Source: Octopus sinensis
Lineage: Eukaryota
Length of the DNA stretch: 64,000 bases
Direction of reading: 5' to 3'
NCBI RefSeq assembly: GCF_006345805.1
Contig: NC_043003.1
Span: forward strand, 7,440,001 to 7,504,000
Below are positions 1 to 12,729 of the stretch, piece after piece. The position numbers and the translations under genes are program-made. Under the pieces are notes generated by a model that ran no database searches, was not told the DNA's origin, and saw only the letters and a program-made list of their open reading frames with translations. Each line of letters begins with the position of its first letter. Positions within the stretch are counted from its first letter, which is position 1.

Positions 1-1809
1 TGTAAAACTACAACTCAGATCGAGATGAAACAACAAAAAAAAAAAGGGTTAAAGTCCCCTTCAAGTCATGAACAACCATGGGATTGCACCTAGAAAGTTT
101 CCTTCTGAGGCACAAGCCCGGGCAAGGTTGTTTATGGAAGCCCAGCAGTCACCCATGCATACCAGCCTCCCCTCTCAAGGCCACCAGTGTTATCCAAGGG
201 AAAGGCCAAGGGGCCAATACAGCTTGGCATCAGTGACGTCGCAACTCACTTCTACAGCTGAGTGAACTGGAGCAATTTGAAATAAAGTGTCTTGCTCAAG
301 AAAAAAACACACAGCCGGGTCTGGGAATTGAACTCATTACCTCATGATTGTGACCAGTGAGTCAATCACCTTTATCAAAATGGAACAGCAATAATAAATA
401 GTAATATTAACAATGCATGAAATTCCTATGTTGTTATAGGTTATAAGGAAATTCATCGTAAGAAATGTCATTTCAAATGACCTCATCAGACATTTTCTTG
501 ATAATATTTGACATTTCCTATTTAGAACTTTTATGAAATCTCTTATCATTTTGCTCTCCCCACCGAAAAAGGAAAAGGAATAAACTTTGAGCAGCTGTAT
601 TACTTTCAGGTTGTATGTTTTGTTACAGACTGCTGCTTTGTTACACGGGAATGTGTCTTTATATAAAACATGACCTACTACTTTATAAAAACATATGAAC
701 TACCTGCTATATATAACATTTGAACTTTTATATTATTTCCGATAATAATAATAACAGTAAGAACCCAGCCACTTTGACTGGGCAGGTCTATATATATACA
801 TATATATAGTTCACTTTTCCTGTTAAGGTAATACCAACAAAAGAAATACTCTTTCAGGTGAGAGAAAGGTATTAATACACAAAGTTCATGGTTATGAGCT
901 ATCAATAGTTTCATACACTGAAGTTTAATCTAGACAGGGTTTTAAAACAAGCCTAGTGTCTTCAAGTAGTGTTCAGGCTCTGGGCACAGGGATTTGTAAC
1001 TTGTATAGACCATGTGCATAGAACCTGAAAGTTACATGAAGAAATTAGATGCATTTTAAAACCTGCCGAGATAATCTTCAAATTTATGAAACATTTACTA
1101 GCTCATACCTATAAACTGTGTATATTAAACAATATATATAGATAGTGAGAATTCACAAAAACACAAAAGCCGAAGACAGGTGGTGTAGACAACAAACAGA
1201 TGCATTAGTTTAATGTTCGGGAAGTGAAAAAGTCTTTAACGTTTCAAGCCTATGCTCTTCCACAGAAAGAAACAAAAGAGAAAATAAAGAATGTATAGTG
1301 GCTAGTAATCTATCATGGCAATTGTCATTTAACATCCGCTTTACATGCTGGCATGGGTTGGATGCATTTGACTGAGGAGTGGTGAGCCAGAAGGCTACAC
1401 AGTCTCCAATCTGATCTGGCAAAGCTTCTACAGCTAGATGCCCTTCCCAACACCAACCACTCCGAGAGTGTAGTGGGTGCTTTTACATGCTGCGGGTACG
1501 AGGGCCAGTCAGGCAGTACTGACAATGGCCATGCTCAAAAGGTGTTTTTTACGTGCCACCTGCATGGGAGCCAGTCCGGCGGCACTGGCAACGACCACAT
1601 TCAAATGTTGTTTTTCACGTGCCAGTAAGGTGATACTGGCAACGATCATGCTCGAATGGTGCTTTTGATGTCCTGCAAAGGAATGGTGTCCTGTTCAGAA
1701 GAAGTGTCATCATCTCTGTTACTTATATGCCATGGAAAATTGGTAACTTGGCTCTTTGAGTACTGGGACTTGAGATAGTGATGATATAATAAATAATGAA
1801 ATTATTGTA

Positions 1810-2238
1810 TACAGTGCTCAGGTGCACCACAACTTGTCAGAAAGTGCATATAGATTATATGCAGTAATGTACAAATATCTGGGAAGTGAACAATGTATGA
1901 GTCAGATACATGCTTGCGTGTGTATGGAGGGGAGAAAATCAGGTGTAGTGTTGGCGAATCTCAGGAAGCATGGAAGTTTTGAAGGATGCAGTGCTCCGAC
2001 AATTAACTACTGATGCTGGCAGTTTGTTCCATGCTTCAGCAACTCTTAGCATGAAAAAATGTTTCCGAAAGTCATGGGAGCTGTGCTGTTTTCTGACTTT
2101 GTAAACATGTCCACGGGTGTTAGACAGGTGGAGTTTGAAAAGGTGCTCAGAGTTATTGTTTGTAAGATGGTTGATAATTTTATGGGTGTCTGCCAAGTCA
2201 GCTGCCAGACGTTGGAGTTTCAATGTATCCATGCCCAG
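1810..2238 (-). mobile_element. CR1/L2-type LINE 3' fragment in intron 8 of copy B
   Basis: ORF 1939-2232 ends TRGH.YK...FRKHFFMLRVAEAWNKLPASVV.C.S..SFK, the typical CR1-clade C-terminus. Confidence 0.85.
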
Positions 2239-2334
2239 GGAAGATGAAAGTTTTAAAAAATGCCATATTGCCTATGTTGGTGAAGAGATGCCAAATGATA
2301 ACAAAATAAACAGTTGAAACACAGAAGTACTTAC

Positions 2335-2409
2335 ACAGAACCACCAAACACACCGGAATGTAAATCTTTAGATGAGCATTCTACTTCAACAAAGAAGTAG
2401 CAGATTCCA
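2335..2409 (-). CDS. CNDP2: CNDP2-like copy B, exon 8 ([25 protein letters not shown]); the gene continues beyond base 1
   Basis: 75 nt, tttcag acceptor, gtaagt donor. Contains the DLHSG motif. Exon 9 was not found in 1-2334. Confidence 0.95.
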
Positions 2410-4320
2410 CTGAAAGAGAGTATGAAATATTGCCGTTTTAATTTATTGGCATCACTAATTCCCATGGTACAGATAAATATCCTATTTTCTTTACTCTATA
2501 AACTAGATTATTTTGTCAATGTAAGAAAAATTTCTGAAATTTGATCTGATTGAACCAAAGATAACATTTTCATATTCTAACATCAAACTTAATGCTCTGG
2601 TATTTACATCAGTCTTCTGTGAAATTTTACCAAATTGGGTGCTAGTATATAGACAATTATAGTTTAGTAACATAAAAATAACAATTTAATCGTGATGGAA
2701 TCTTCAGATTCCATTACTCTGTGAAGAGTAATGCTAATCTTCCCAACAAGTCTGGGTGAATTACAATTACCTGGCATCTCTATCAGGATCAGTGTCATTA
2801 CATAATTAATTACTCAGACACATTCAACACTTCAAAAGCAAACTTGTTACAAATGACAAGTTCTTAAAATATATACTCTTCACAAGAGCATTACCATCTT
2901 TTGAGAAACGGTTATCAGTTATTTCACAAACTTAGAAACTACATATCATCATTATCATTTAATGTCCATTTTCCATGCTGGCATGGGTTGGACGATTAGC
3001 AAGCCAGAGGGCTGCACCAGGCTCCAACTGTCTGTTTTGCCACAGTTTCTACAGCTGGATGCCCTTCTTATTGCCAACCACTTTACAGAGTGCACTAGGT
3101 GCCTTGTTTACGTGGCACCAGTATCAGTGCTTTATACATGGCAACAGCACATATAAGTTGTTTATTCTTTGAATAAATTTTACTAATGGATATTAACCCA
3201 TTTGTTATCAACCCGGCTGAAACCACCTCCGACTCTGTAGTACAAATATCTTTATTTCAAAAGTTATGAATTAAAAATCTTCCACCAAACCTTAGTCACA
3301 GTTTATGTTCCTAACACTAGCTGAATGATAACTAAGTTATTTTACAAAATACTTTGTTATATTTAAAATAACTGAAAGAAACACAGAGCATCTCAACAGA
3401 AATATGGTAACAAAAGGGTTAAAATATATAATAGACAATTCTTAACCTTTTAGATACCAACCCAGCTGAAACTGGTTCTGGCTCTGTAGTACAAATGTCT
3501 TGTTTTCAGAAGTTCTGAATTAAAATCTTCCACCAAACCTTAGTCACAGTTTATGTTCCTAACACTAGCTTAATGATAACTAAGTTATTTTACTAAATTC
3601 TTTGTTATATTTAAAATAACTGAAAGAAACACAGAACATCTCAAAATAAATACAGTAACAAAAAAGGGTTAAATGATAATGATGATGATGATGGTAATGA
3701 CAAAATTCTAATATTAGTTATTCATTAATTAAAAACAACCTGAATCTTACTGAATCTATGGCCTAGATCAAAGCATCTCTACCTATTTATTTATTTTGAA
3801 AAATATCAATAGCTAATAACTGATGAATCTATCACAAAGACATTCTACTGCATCAAAGGGTTTTGAGAAATTTTGTCATAGATATCTTTGCTGCAGGAAT
3901 ATTCACAGTAAGAAATATTACTGGAGGAAAATTCACCGACATATATTGCGATACAATCCATAACATAAGGTACATTATTCGCACAGCATTGCATGGAATT
4001 TTCATTGATTTTAAATGACTTCACCATATTTTTGTAATGTTGGACATTGAATAAAGATTTGCTCATTTAATGCTTTTATGAACCTTTTTATCATTCTTTT
4101 TCAAAAAATGCTGATAAAATATGCTTTGTCATTGCCCCTATGGTGAATTTTCTTGGTGTAAATTTTCTTACAGCAAATTTTCCCACGGCTAAAATGTTTA
4201 CAGAAAACTTTTGCATCATATGAATCTAATTTTGTTAATCATAAGCAAGTAAATCTCATTTTACTAGTTAAAATTACATAATTAATTAATATTTAAAAAA
4301 AAATTTTTTTTAATCCTTAC

Positions 4321-4394
4321 CGAAGTCCATAAGTCAAGCAGGGTTTATTCTTTCCAAGCCAGTAATTATCAGAGATACAGACGTAATCAATATC
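4321..4394 (-). CDS. CNDP2: CNDP2-like copy B, exon 7 (DIDYVCISDNYWLGKNKPCLTYGL-R)
   Basis: 74 nt, tgtag acceptor, gtaagg donor. Canonical SDNYWLG motif. Confidence 0.95.
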
Positions 4395-6446
4395 CTACAA
4401 ATGGAAGAGAAACATGTTACCATGCAGGAAAAGACCGATATCAAAGACCTATCCGGTTCTGGGTTGTTCTAAAAAAATCCCCATCAAAATGGAATAGCCC
4501 CAACTTATTTGGCTTTCCAGATCTGAAACTCAGCTTTTTCGACCCCCCAATTTTCCCCATAAATTTCTTTATAATAGTAATCTATGTCATTTGAAAGGTA
4601 TTTATATAAAATTTCATCAAAAGATATCCATTTTCCTGAAACTTATGACAGAAAAAATTCAGATTGTGTGAATTTTCCAAAACTCCCCTCCCTACCCCTT
4701 CGAAAAAATTCCTTCTCATAAATCCCTATATACTCTGAATCCACAGCATCTAAGTGGTATTCGTTAAAAAGTCTCTATTTTTCTGGAAGTTATGAGGCAA
4801 CAAAGTCAGGAGTGAGGTACACAGCTGTAGGTTTGCCAACAAAACTCTACCGGGTGTTCACAGTAAAGGGCAATAACTCCAGTTGCGCTGCTTAAATTAG
4901 TGGAAACAAACCTCAAAAAATCCCGTATCTCGGGAAGCCGTGGTCCAATTTACACAAAATTTGTTTTATGCCATTTATATTCTCATTACAAGGGTACTTT
5001 ATACTTTCAGAGTATTTTCCCATTATGCACCGGTTTGGCTGTATTAAATTATAGTCAAGCACACAGTTTTAGTGACAGACAGAAAGATATACTGTCTGAT
5101 CTGAGTTACATCACCTATTGTATACTCTTTTACTTGTTTCAGTCATTTGACTGTTGCCATGCTGGATCACCGCCTTTAGTCGAGCAAATCGATCCCATGA
5201 CTTATTCTTTGTAAGCCTAGTACTTATTCTATCGGTCTCTTTTGCCAAACCGCTAAGTTATGGGGACAAACACAGACACACAAACGTATACAAACCACAC
5301 ACACATACATATATATATATATGCTAGCATGGAAAGCGGACGTTAAACGATGTATATATATATATATATACACTTCTTTCAGTTTCCATCAACCAAATCC
5401 ACTCACAAGGCATTGGTCAGCCCAAGGCTATAGTAGAAGACTCTTGCCCAAGGTGCCACGCAGTGGGACTGAACCTGGAACCATGTGGTTCGTAAGCAAG
5501 CTACTTACCACACAGCCACTACTACGCCTATGTTATTTATTTACTTCTATACATTGGTCTGTGTCAAATGTATGAAATATAGTAACAACACAATCCATGC
5601 TGCTGCACTGGAATGTTGATTTATTTACTGAAAAGACAACATTTCATTCAGCCGATACTCTTAGTCATATTTACCAAACTACATGCATAGCTCTTTTTAC
5701 TCCTTTACTTGTTTCAGTGATTTGACTGTGGCCATGCTGGAGCACTGCCTTTAGTCGAGCAAATCGACCCCAGGACTTATTCTTTGTAAGAGTAGTACTT
5801 ATTCTATCGGTCCCTTTTGCCGAACCGCTAAGTTACGAGGACGCAATCACCAGCATCGGTTGTCAAGCGATGTTGGAGGGGACAAACACAGACACACAAA
5901 CACGCACACACACATATATATATATACGACGGGCTTCTTTCAGTTTCCGTCTACCAAATCCACTTACAAGGCTTTGGTTGGCCTGAGGCTATAGTAGAAG
6001 ACACTTGTCCAAGGTACCACGCAGTGGGACTGAACCCGGAACCATGTGGTTGGTAAGCAAGCTAACTTACCACACAGCCACTCCTCTTCATTTGTCATTT
6101 CCAAATCAGCCAGAATCAAATCAATTCTATAAATGTTTCCCCAGTGCAACATAAAATCAACCAAGCGTATCAGACTGTTTACTAATCTCTACATATCTGT
6201 TTAGTTTTTAACCAGTTCTTATCTACTATTTAAGCTTAACTCTATGTGTGTGTGTGTGTGTGTGTGTGTCTGTGTTAGAGTCAGTAAAAATATTGCGGCA
6301 ATAAAAAATATATAAAACTGCTAAAAATAACAAACAGGGATAAAAAAAATAGTCTGAGATAAACTTAAAAATTTGAAGGAAATTACTAGAAGCCAAGTTG
6401 GAAAACAGGTGGTGGGGGATATGGAATAGGAAAACCATTTCCTTAC

Positions 6447-6527
6447 CTTCAAAAAAGAATCTTTCTTTGACATCAACAGGTCTGCAAGACCAACAGAATC
6501 AGATTCTTCCATGCCTTCAAACACAAA
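6447..6527 (-). CDS. CNDP2: CNDP2-like copy B, exon 6 (FVFEGMEESDSVGLADLLMSKKDSFLK)
   Basis: 81 nt, tttccag acceptor, gtaagg donor. Contains the catalytic EGMEES motif. Confidence 0.95.
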
Positions 6528-6666
6528 CTGGAAACAAACAAACAAACAAACAAAAAAAGTAGTTATTAAGAACAGCAATACATATCAATGACAGAATAGA
6601 AGGAATAAAGGTGGATTAAAGTTTAATTAAGGTGTGAAGAAAAAAAAAAAAGAATTAATGTCTTAC

Positions 6667-6741
6667 TTTTAAATTGACAGGAATGTCAATTTTCTGATTT
6701 TGGAATGCTTCAATAGTATTCAACCAACCAAGAACTGGTCC
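6667..6741 (-). CDS. CNDP2: CNDP2-like copy B, exon 5 (GPVLGWLNTIEAFQNQKIDIPVNLK)
   Basis: 75 nt, tttcag acceptor, gtaaga donor. Matches [25 protein letters not shown]. Confidence 0.94.
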
Positions 6742-6768
6742 CTGAAATTATAAAGAAATATATACATA

Positions 6769-6997
6769 TTAACCCATTAGCATTTAAACCGGCCATATCC
6801 GGCCAAAAATATTCTCCCTGTTTTATGTTCAAACTAGCCCTATCTGATCTCTCACACCAACCCTACAATATTGTTTTAAAAATTAACAGCTACCTCATCA
6901 AAATCTCATGGCTACAAGATAATGCATGATTAGTTCAAAACAATGTGGATGAAGAAGCATTAATTTTGGCAGAATAATGTGAACATTAAAGGGTTAA
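6769..6997. mobile_element. Second TTAA-flanked MITE family; related pieces at about 11820-11970, 36850-37065 and 50070-50300
   Basis: TTAACCCATTAGCATTTAAACCGGCCATAT ... AAAGGGTTAA. Confidence 0.7.
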
Positions 6998-7932
6998 AGA
7001 ATATACAACAATTCAAAAAGTAAAATGGTTCCGGGTTGGAGGAGGAGGAATAATTATTATTATTAATAATAATAATAATAATAATAATAATCATCATCAT
7101 CATCATCACCACCACCACTATCATTTAATGTCTGGTTTCCATGCTGGCATGGGTTGGACACTTTGACAGAAGCTGGCCAGGCAGGAACCTGTACCAGACT
7201 TCTGTGTCTGTTTTGGTATGATTTTTACAGCTGGATGCCCTTCTAACATCAACCACCCAACAAGGGGAAAATATCATCTCCCACAGACTGTGGTTAACAA
7301 ATTGCTTTGTGAGTGGAGACTGGTCAATGGAGACCATTTGGAAGCTCATCATGTGTATGAATGTATGTTGCCATCTACATGCTGACAAATGCACACACAC
7401 ACACACACTGTAAGTTAGCAAGGCTGATAAATCAGTGGATTAAACAAAAATACCTAGTGGTATTTAGTCCGTTAAGTTAATGCACCCTGTGAAAGTGCAT
7501 GGCTTAGTGGTCAAAGGCATTTGGCTCACAATCATAAGGCTGTGAGTTCGATTTTCCTGGTGGCACATTGCTTCCTTGAGCAAGACACTTAACTTTCACA
7601 TTGCTTCAGTCCATTCAGCCAGCAACAATGAGCTGTACTTGTAATCTAAAAGGAACCAGCCTTCTCACATCCTCTGTCACACTGAATCTCCTTGACAACT
7701 ACATTAAGGGTTCCATACAATTTTTTTGTCTACCAAATCCACTCACAAGACATCGGTTGGTCCAGTTCTAAGGAAAAAAAAACACTTGCCCAAGGTGCTC
7801 TGCAGTGAAATTGAACCTGATACCAGGTTGACGGGAAGCAAACTTCTCAACCAACTCAACCATGCCTGCACCTGTTTTTTTTTTTTTATTTCCCACAAAT
7901 TCACTCATCCAGAAATGAAGTACCCAGCTTAC

Positions 7933-8013
7933 CTTATCATCAGTTGAGCCTCTTCCATATAACTTGCCATCAATTTCTGTTAAAACAAATGGTTCTGTAT
8001 CCCAGCCATCGGA
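7933..8013 (-). CDS. CNDP2: CNDP2-like copy B, exon 4 ([27 protein letters not shown])
   Basis: 81 nt, ttttag acceptor, gtaagc donor. Contains the YGRGSTDDK motif (bridging Asp). Not in the supplied ORF track. Confidence 0.95.
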
Positions 8014-8076
8014 CTAAAAAAGAGAAAAAAAATCACTAATTTAGTAATTATTCAATTTCAAACAATGAAGTCATAA

Positions 8077-8535
8077 CATAATTTACATTTGACGGATATT
8101 TGTCCTTATCTTGTTTGTTGTTAACACAACGTTTCAGCTGATATACCCTCCGGCCTTCATCAGGTGTCTTGGGGAAATTTTGAACTTGGGTTCTCATTCC
8201 TAAGGTACTTTTCAATGTTTTTAATCATTATCATTATTATCATTATTATTCAGGTCACTGCCTAGAATCAAACTACGGGCATATGGTGTAGTGGTTAAGA
8301 GCGCAGGCTACTAACCCCATGATTCCGAGTTCGATCTAGGCAGTGACCTGAATAATAATAATAACATTGAAAAATACCTTAGGAAGGAGAACCCAAGTTC
8401 GAAATTTCCCCAAGACATCTGATGAAGCCTGGAGAGTATATCAGCCAAAACGTGTTAACAACAAACAAGATGAGGACAAATATCTGTCAAATGTGAATAA
8501 TGTAAATAATTTCTCATCTCTCAAATATAGAACTG
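8077..8535 (+). mobile_element. tRNA-headed, hammerhead-containing short retroelement with inverted arms
   Basis: 13-bp TSD AATGAAGTCATAA at 8064-8076 and 8536-8548. tRNA-like head at 8277-8350 (A box TGGTGTAGTGG, B box GTTCGATC). CTGATGA...GAAA-type cores at 8123-8168 (-) and 8414-8457 (+). Confidence 0.75.
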
Positions 8536-9151
8536 AATGAAGTCATAAATTAAACAGAGAAAATCAGTAACACAGCAGAACTCTGTTCATTCATCACCTT
8601 CATTGTTTAACATCCATTTTTCCCTGCTTCCATTGATCAGACGGAATTTGCTGAGCCAGATTTTCTACAGCTGGATGCGCTTGAGAGGTAATAGTTTCGC
8701 ATGACTAGATACGTTTCCATGGAAGATTTGAAACGAAAGACACTGCTTATGTAACTGTGACACTCGTTTACAACTATCATGCAAGGACACATTCACAGAC
8801 ACACACGAGAGGTTTCTTTCAGTTTCCATCTACCAAATCCACTCACAAGGCTTTGGTCAGCCAAGGGCTACAGAAGACACTGGTCCACGGTGCCCCGCAA
8901 TGAAACAGAACCTGAAACCATGCTGTTAGGAAGCAAACTTCTTCACACAGCCATGCCCGCACCTACATAAAAACACGCAAATTTTCATTAACTGGCGTTA
9001 AGTCATCGAATTGCTTGTGTTGATAAGACTAACTCTTTCCTCGTATAGAATATTTCCTTCCTGTTCTTCGTTCCCAGTAAGAAACAGGCTTCAAGCAGAA
9101 GCAACGAGCTTTCACTGAGTTTGTGATGAAGGCGGATAGCATAAACGACAG

Positions 9152-9345
9152 TGGAGGCGCAATGGCCCAGTGGTTAGGGCAGTGGACTCGCGGTCGGAGG
9201 GTCGCGGTTTCGATTCCCAGGGCATTGTGTGTTTATTGAGCGAAAACACCTAAAAGCTCCACAAGGCTCCGGCAGGGGTTGGTGGCGACCCCTGTTGTAC
9301 TCTTTCGCTCCAACTTTCTCTCACTCTTTCTTCCTGTTTCTTGTC
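9152..9345 (+). mobile_element. tRNA(Arg)-like SINE family 2 (possibly octopus OR-type); also at about 27905-28095 and 59728-59935
   Basis: GGAGGCGCAATGGCCCAGTGGTTAGGGCAG(T/C)GGACTCG.GGTC...GTTTCGATTCCC head in three copies with a shared body. Confidence 0.8.
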
Positions 9346-9479
9346 CCCGACTTCCTATGCGACCGCCGAGCCTGGATGCACATTCATCCATCCATCGATG
9401 CTCTCGGTGTCGGGGGTTGACCTGCTTTCTCTTCTGCGGGTCTTACGAATAGCAAAGGACCACGTTTCGGACTTCTCCC

Positions 9480-10280
9480 ACTACAGGGACGAAGACCACT
9501 TCGCTCAACAACAAAAGCAATGTGCACAGATAGATGAAAAATTTCAAAAGTACCCGCATTGAAGAAAAGCCAGTTAAAGGGAGACAATCCACTGCGATCA
9601 CTGACCTGAATCACCAGCGAGGGGAAAAATTGATTTGCACGGAGAGAACTGAACTTTGGTCACAATGCTTTACGGAAGATGGCAGAAGACTCTAGAAATC
9701 GAAGAGTGTACGATGCAAAGTGAGTACCATGCAGCTAAAACCGAATTTGAGGAAGAGAAAGGTGGGAGTCTGCTCTGATCTGTCTGGAAATGTTTCAAGT
9801 GAACAAAAACACTTTTTTTTTACCTGATCTGGTGACAGGGAATGAAACATGAGCATATCTTTATCACCTGAACATAAAGGCTTTGTCCCTGGAATGGTAT
9901 CACACCTCTTCTCCAAGGTTTAAGAATTTCAAGAGCCAGCAATTGGCACAGAAAGTCATAGTGGCTGTCATTTTGGATGAAAAGGTGTCAGTTTCCTTGA
10001 TTTTCAGGAACATGGCTTCATCGTGAACAAAGGACAGTGTGTTGAGGCTTAGAGAAGCCACGAGGAAGAAGAGAACGAACAAGAACCAGGAAAACAATAT
10101 TTACTATGGCGATGTGCAACCACACGTCTTTGGTGAGAAATCAAGCAATCGGTGAATTGGGCTTGTCAGTGGTTTCTTTGTCCAGTGCCTTTCTGACTTT
10201 CACTGCTCAATCAAACCAAAGACAGTCTCAGTCTTGGGGACAAAATGAAAGTAGCTTTGGAAAAGTGAACACAACTGTAC
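9480..10280 (+). pseudogene. Degenerate mariner transposase
   Basis: DLVTGNET*AYLYH...SLEWYHTSSPRFKNFKSQQLAQKVIVAVILDEK at about 9826-9985 matches VTGDETW...EW.H.SSP..KKFKSQ.SAGKVM..VFWD. Many stops and frameshifts. Confidence 0.75.
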
Positions 10281-10897
10281 ATGTCTAAATCATTTGTGAC
10301 ATGTAAAAAGCACCATTGAAACGTGATCATTACCAGCGTCACCTTACTGGCACTTGTGCCGGTGGCATGTGAAAAACATTCGAGTGAGGTCATTGCCAGT
10401 GTCGCTGGGCTGGCTGTTGTGCAGGTGGCATGTAAAAAACACCACTTGAGCGTGGCCGTTGCCAGTACCGCATGACTGGCCCTCGTGCCGGTGGCACATA
10501 AAAGCACCCGCTACACTCTCAGAGTGGTTGGCATTAGGAAGGGCATCCAGCTGTAGAAACTCTTCCAGATCAGATTGGAGCCTGGTGCAGCTATCTGGTT
10601 TGCCAGTCCTCAGTCAAATCGTCCAACCCATGCCAGCATGGAAAGCGGACGTTAAACTATGATAATGATGATGAGATTCAAGAGATAGGTTCACCACCAC
10701 CACCACCATATATAATGTCCATTTTCCATGCTGGCATGGATTGGACAGTCTATCAGGAGCTTTCCAGACTCCAATTCTCTGTTGTGGCATAGCTTCTATG
10801 GCTCGATGTCCTTCCTGACCCTAACCCCTTTACAGTGTGCTGGGTGGCATAAAATAAAGATTAACAGAAATAAACTAAAATAAAACACGTCACAAAC

Positions 10898-11068
10898 CTT
10901 ATTGGCTGGTTGTACATCAAGATGTCCATACACTACCAAGGTTTTCTTTTTAGGATCGTTACCAAGTTGTCCAAAAATCACAGGAGGAAGTTTAAGGACT
11001 TCTGAGGATGGGTGGACATGGTCTCCAAGTTCCAGTAATTCAGTTTGAATGTTGAGTTTTTCCATTTC
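10898..11068 (-). CDS. CNDP2: CNDP2-like copy B, exon 3 (EMEKLNIQ...KKTLVVYGHLDVQPANK)
   Basis: 171 nt, aag acceptor, gtttgt donor. Contains the M20A GHLDVQP motif (metal-ligand His). Confidence 0.95.
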
Positions 11069-12729
11069 CTTTCAAAGAAAATACAACACATCATTACATT
11101 AAAAAACCTTTATGGTTGGAAAATACAGAAGTTCAATAGTTAGGTCTTGTACCGTATGTATATGATTGTGTGAAGGCAAAGTCACATTTTTCTAACAGGA
11201 GGAAAGTGAGAATATTTAACCATTTAGCATTCAGATTTCTGTCAAATATAATGTTTATTTAATTTATGTTCTGCTGTGTCTCGGAAGAGTCATTTTCTTT
11301 TTGTGCCTTATAATTTAACACACTCACCGGTAAAATTTCCACTTATTTTTTAATTTATGTTCTTTTATTCTTTTTTTTTTGCTTCTGTCATTTGACTTTG
11401 GCCATGCTGGAGCACTGCCTTTAGTTGAGCATTTCAACATACGACTGTTTTATTCACTACAGACAATTGCCTTAACAACAACAGCAATAATTCTCTCAAA
11501 TTTCCCAGGACTTATTCTTTGTAAGCCTAATATTTATTCTATTGGTCTCTATTGCTGAACTGCTAAATAGTGGGGATGTAAACACACCAGCATCGGTTGT
11601 CAAGCGATGGTAGGGGACAAACACAGACACACACATATATATCTATGACGGGCTTCTTTCAGTCTTTGTCTACCAAATCCACTCACAAGGCTTTCGTTGG
11701 CCTGAAGCTTTAGTAGAAGACACTTGCCCAAGGTGCTACAAAGTGGCAGTGAACCTGGAAGCATGTGGTTGGGAAGCAAGCTACTAACCATACAGCCTTG
11801 TATTGTTTTGAATTATTCATTCTCTTTGTGGTTTCAAGGTTTCAATGATGTGGTTGTTTATTTTTCGAATGACATTGTAGGGTAGGTGTGAGAGGCCGGA
11901 TCTGGCCAGTTTCGAATATAAAACAGGTAGAATATTTTGGTAGGATACAGCTGGCTTAAACGCTAAAGAGCCAAGATGTGAACCATGTTTTTTTATCCTC
12001 ACAGATACTGAGACAAATTAATCAATAGTAAAGTAAAAATGAAATATTTTCTTCAGATTTGCAGAATTAAGAAATCAGTGTAATGTGCCAAGCCTCATCA
12101 GCCACCACCCCGGTGTCCTCCCTGTGTCCAGGAGTCAGCTTATCAAGGATCTCCATTTCCCCCTCTGTTTTGCAAACTCATACAATTAGCCAAGTTCCTG
12201 TTTCTAGTCCATTCTTTGATCTCATCTGTCCACAAACCTCTCTAACACTTTGCTCTCTTCCCCTTCACATTTCTCATTAGAATGGTCTTGGGAAACAACT
12301 CATTGCACAATGTACACCCAGAATATAATAGTTTTACTGACTCGGGTGTATCTGGACTCAGTTTTTCTAGTCTCGCAGCATTTGTCACTTTGTATTTCTA
12401 GCTTATTTCTGTTCATTAATTTTCTATTAGATGTTTAGCCTAAAGAAAACTATAAGAGTAGAAAAAAAAAACCCAAACAAACATAGATTCATTTAAAATG
12501 AATAATTATTAATCTAACTACCTCTATTTTCTTGAAAATATATATATAAACCCTGGTTTATCCAATTACCTTACAGCTGAATATTAAATGTAATTTTCAG
12601 CAGGATTGAACCAAAAACCACATGGTTAGAAAGCAAGCTTTTCAACCACACAGCCATGACTGTTTAGCCTAAATAACACTAAAAATGATAAAAAAGTAAT
12701 ATAAATTTATTAAAAATAATTTCTCTTAC

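Noticed and set aside
942-1024. Possible minus-strand terminal exon (tttcag|G-SMHMVYTSYKSLCPEPEHYLKTLGLF-stop) in intron 8 of copy B
   Set aside because: No similarity to CNDP exon 9, and the phase does not follow exon 8. An acceptor-like motif alone is insufficient.
9152-9222. tRNA-like sequences (also 8277, 27905, 30011, 59728, 60270)
   Set aside because: Acceptor stems do not pair and each runs into a shared repeat body, so they are SINE heads rather than tRNA genes.
10300-10560. Regularly spaced ~60-bp repeats (GTGCCGGTGGCACGTAAAAAGCACC) resembling a CRISPR array
   Set aside because: They are internal tandem units of the RTE 3' UTR, recur at many loci with related rather than unique spacers, and the context is eukaryotic with no cas genes.
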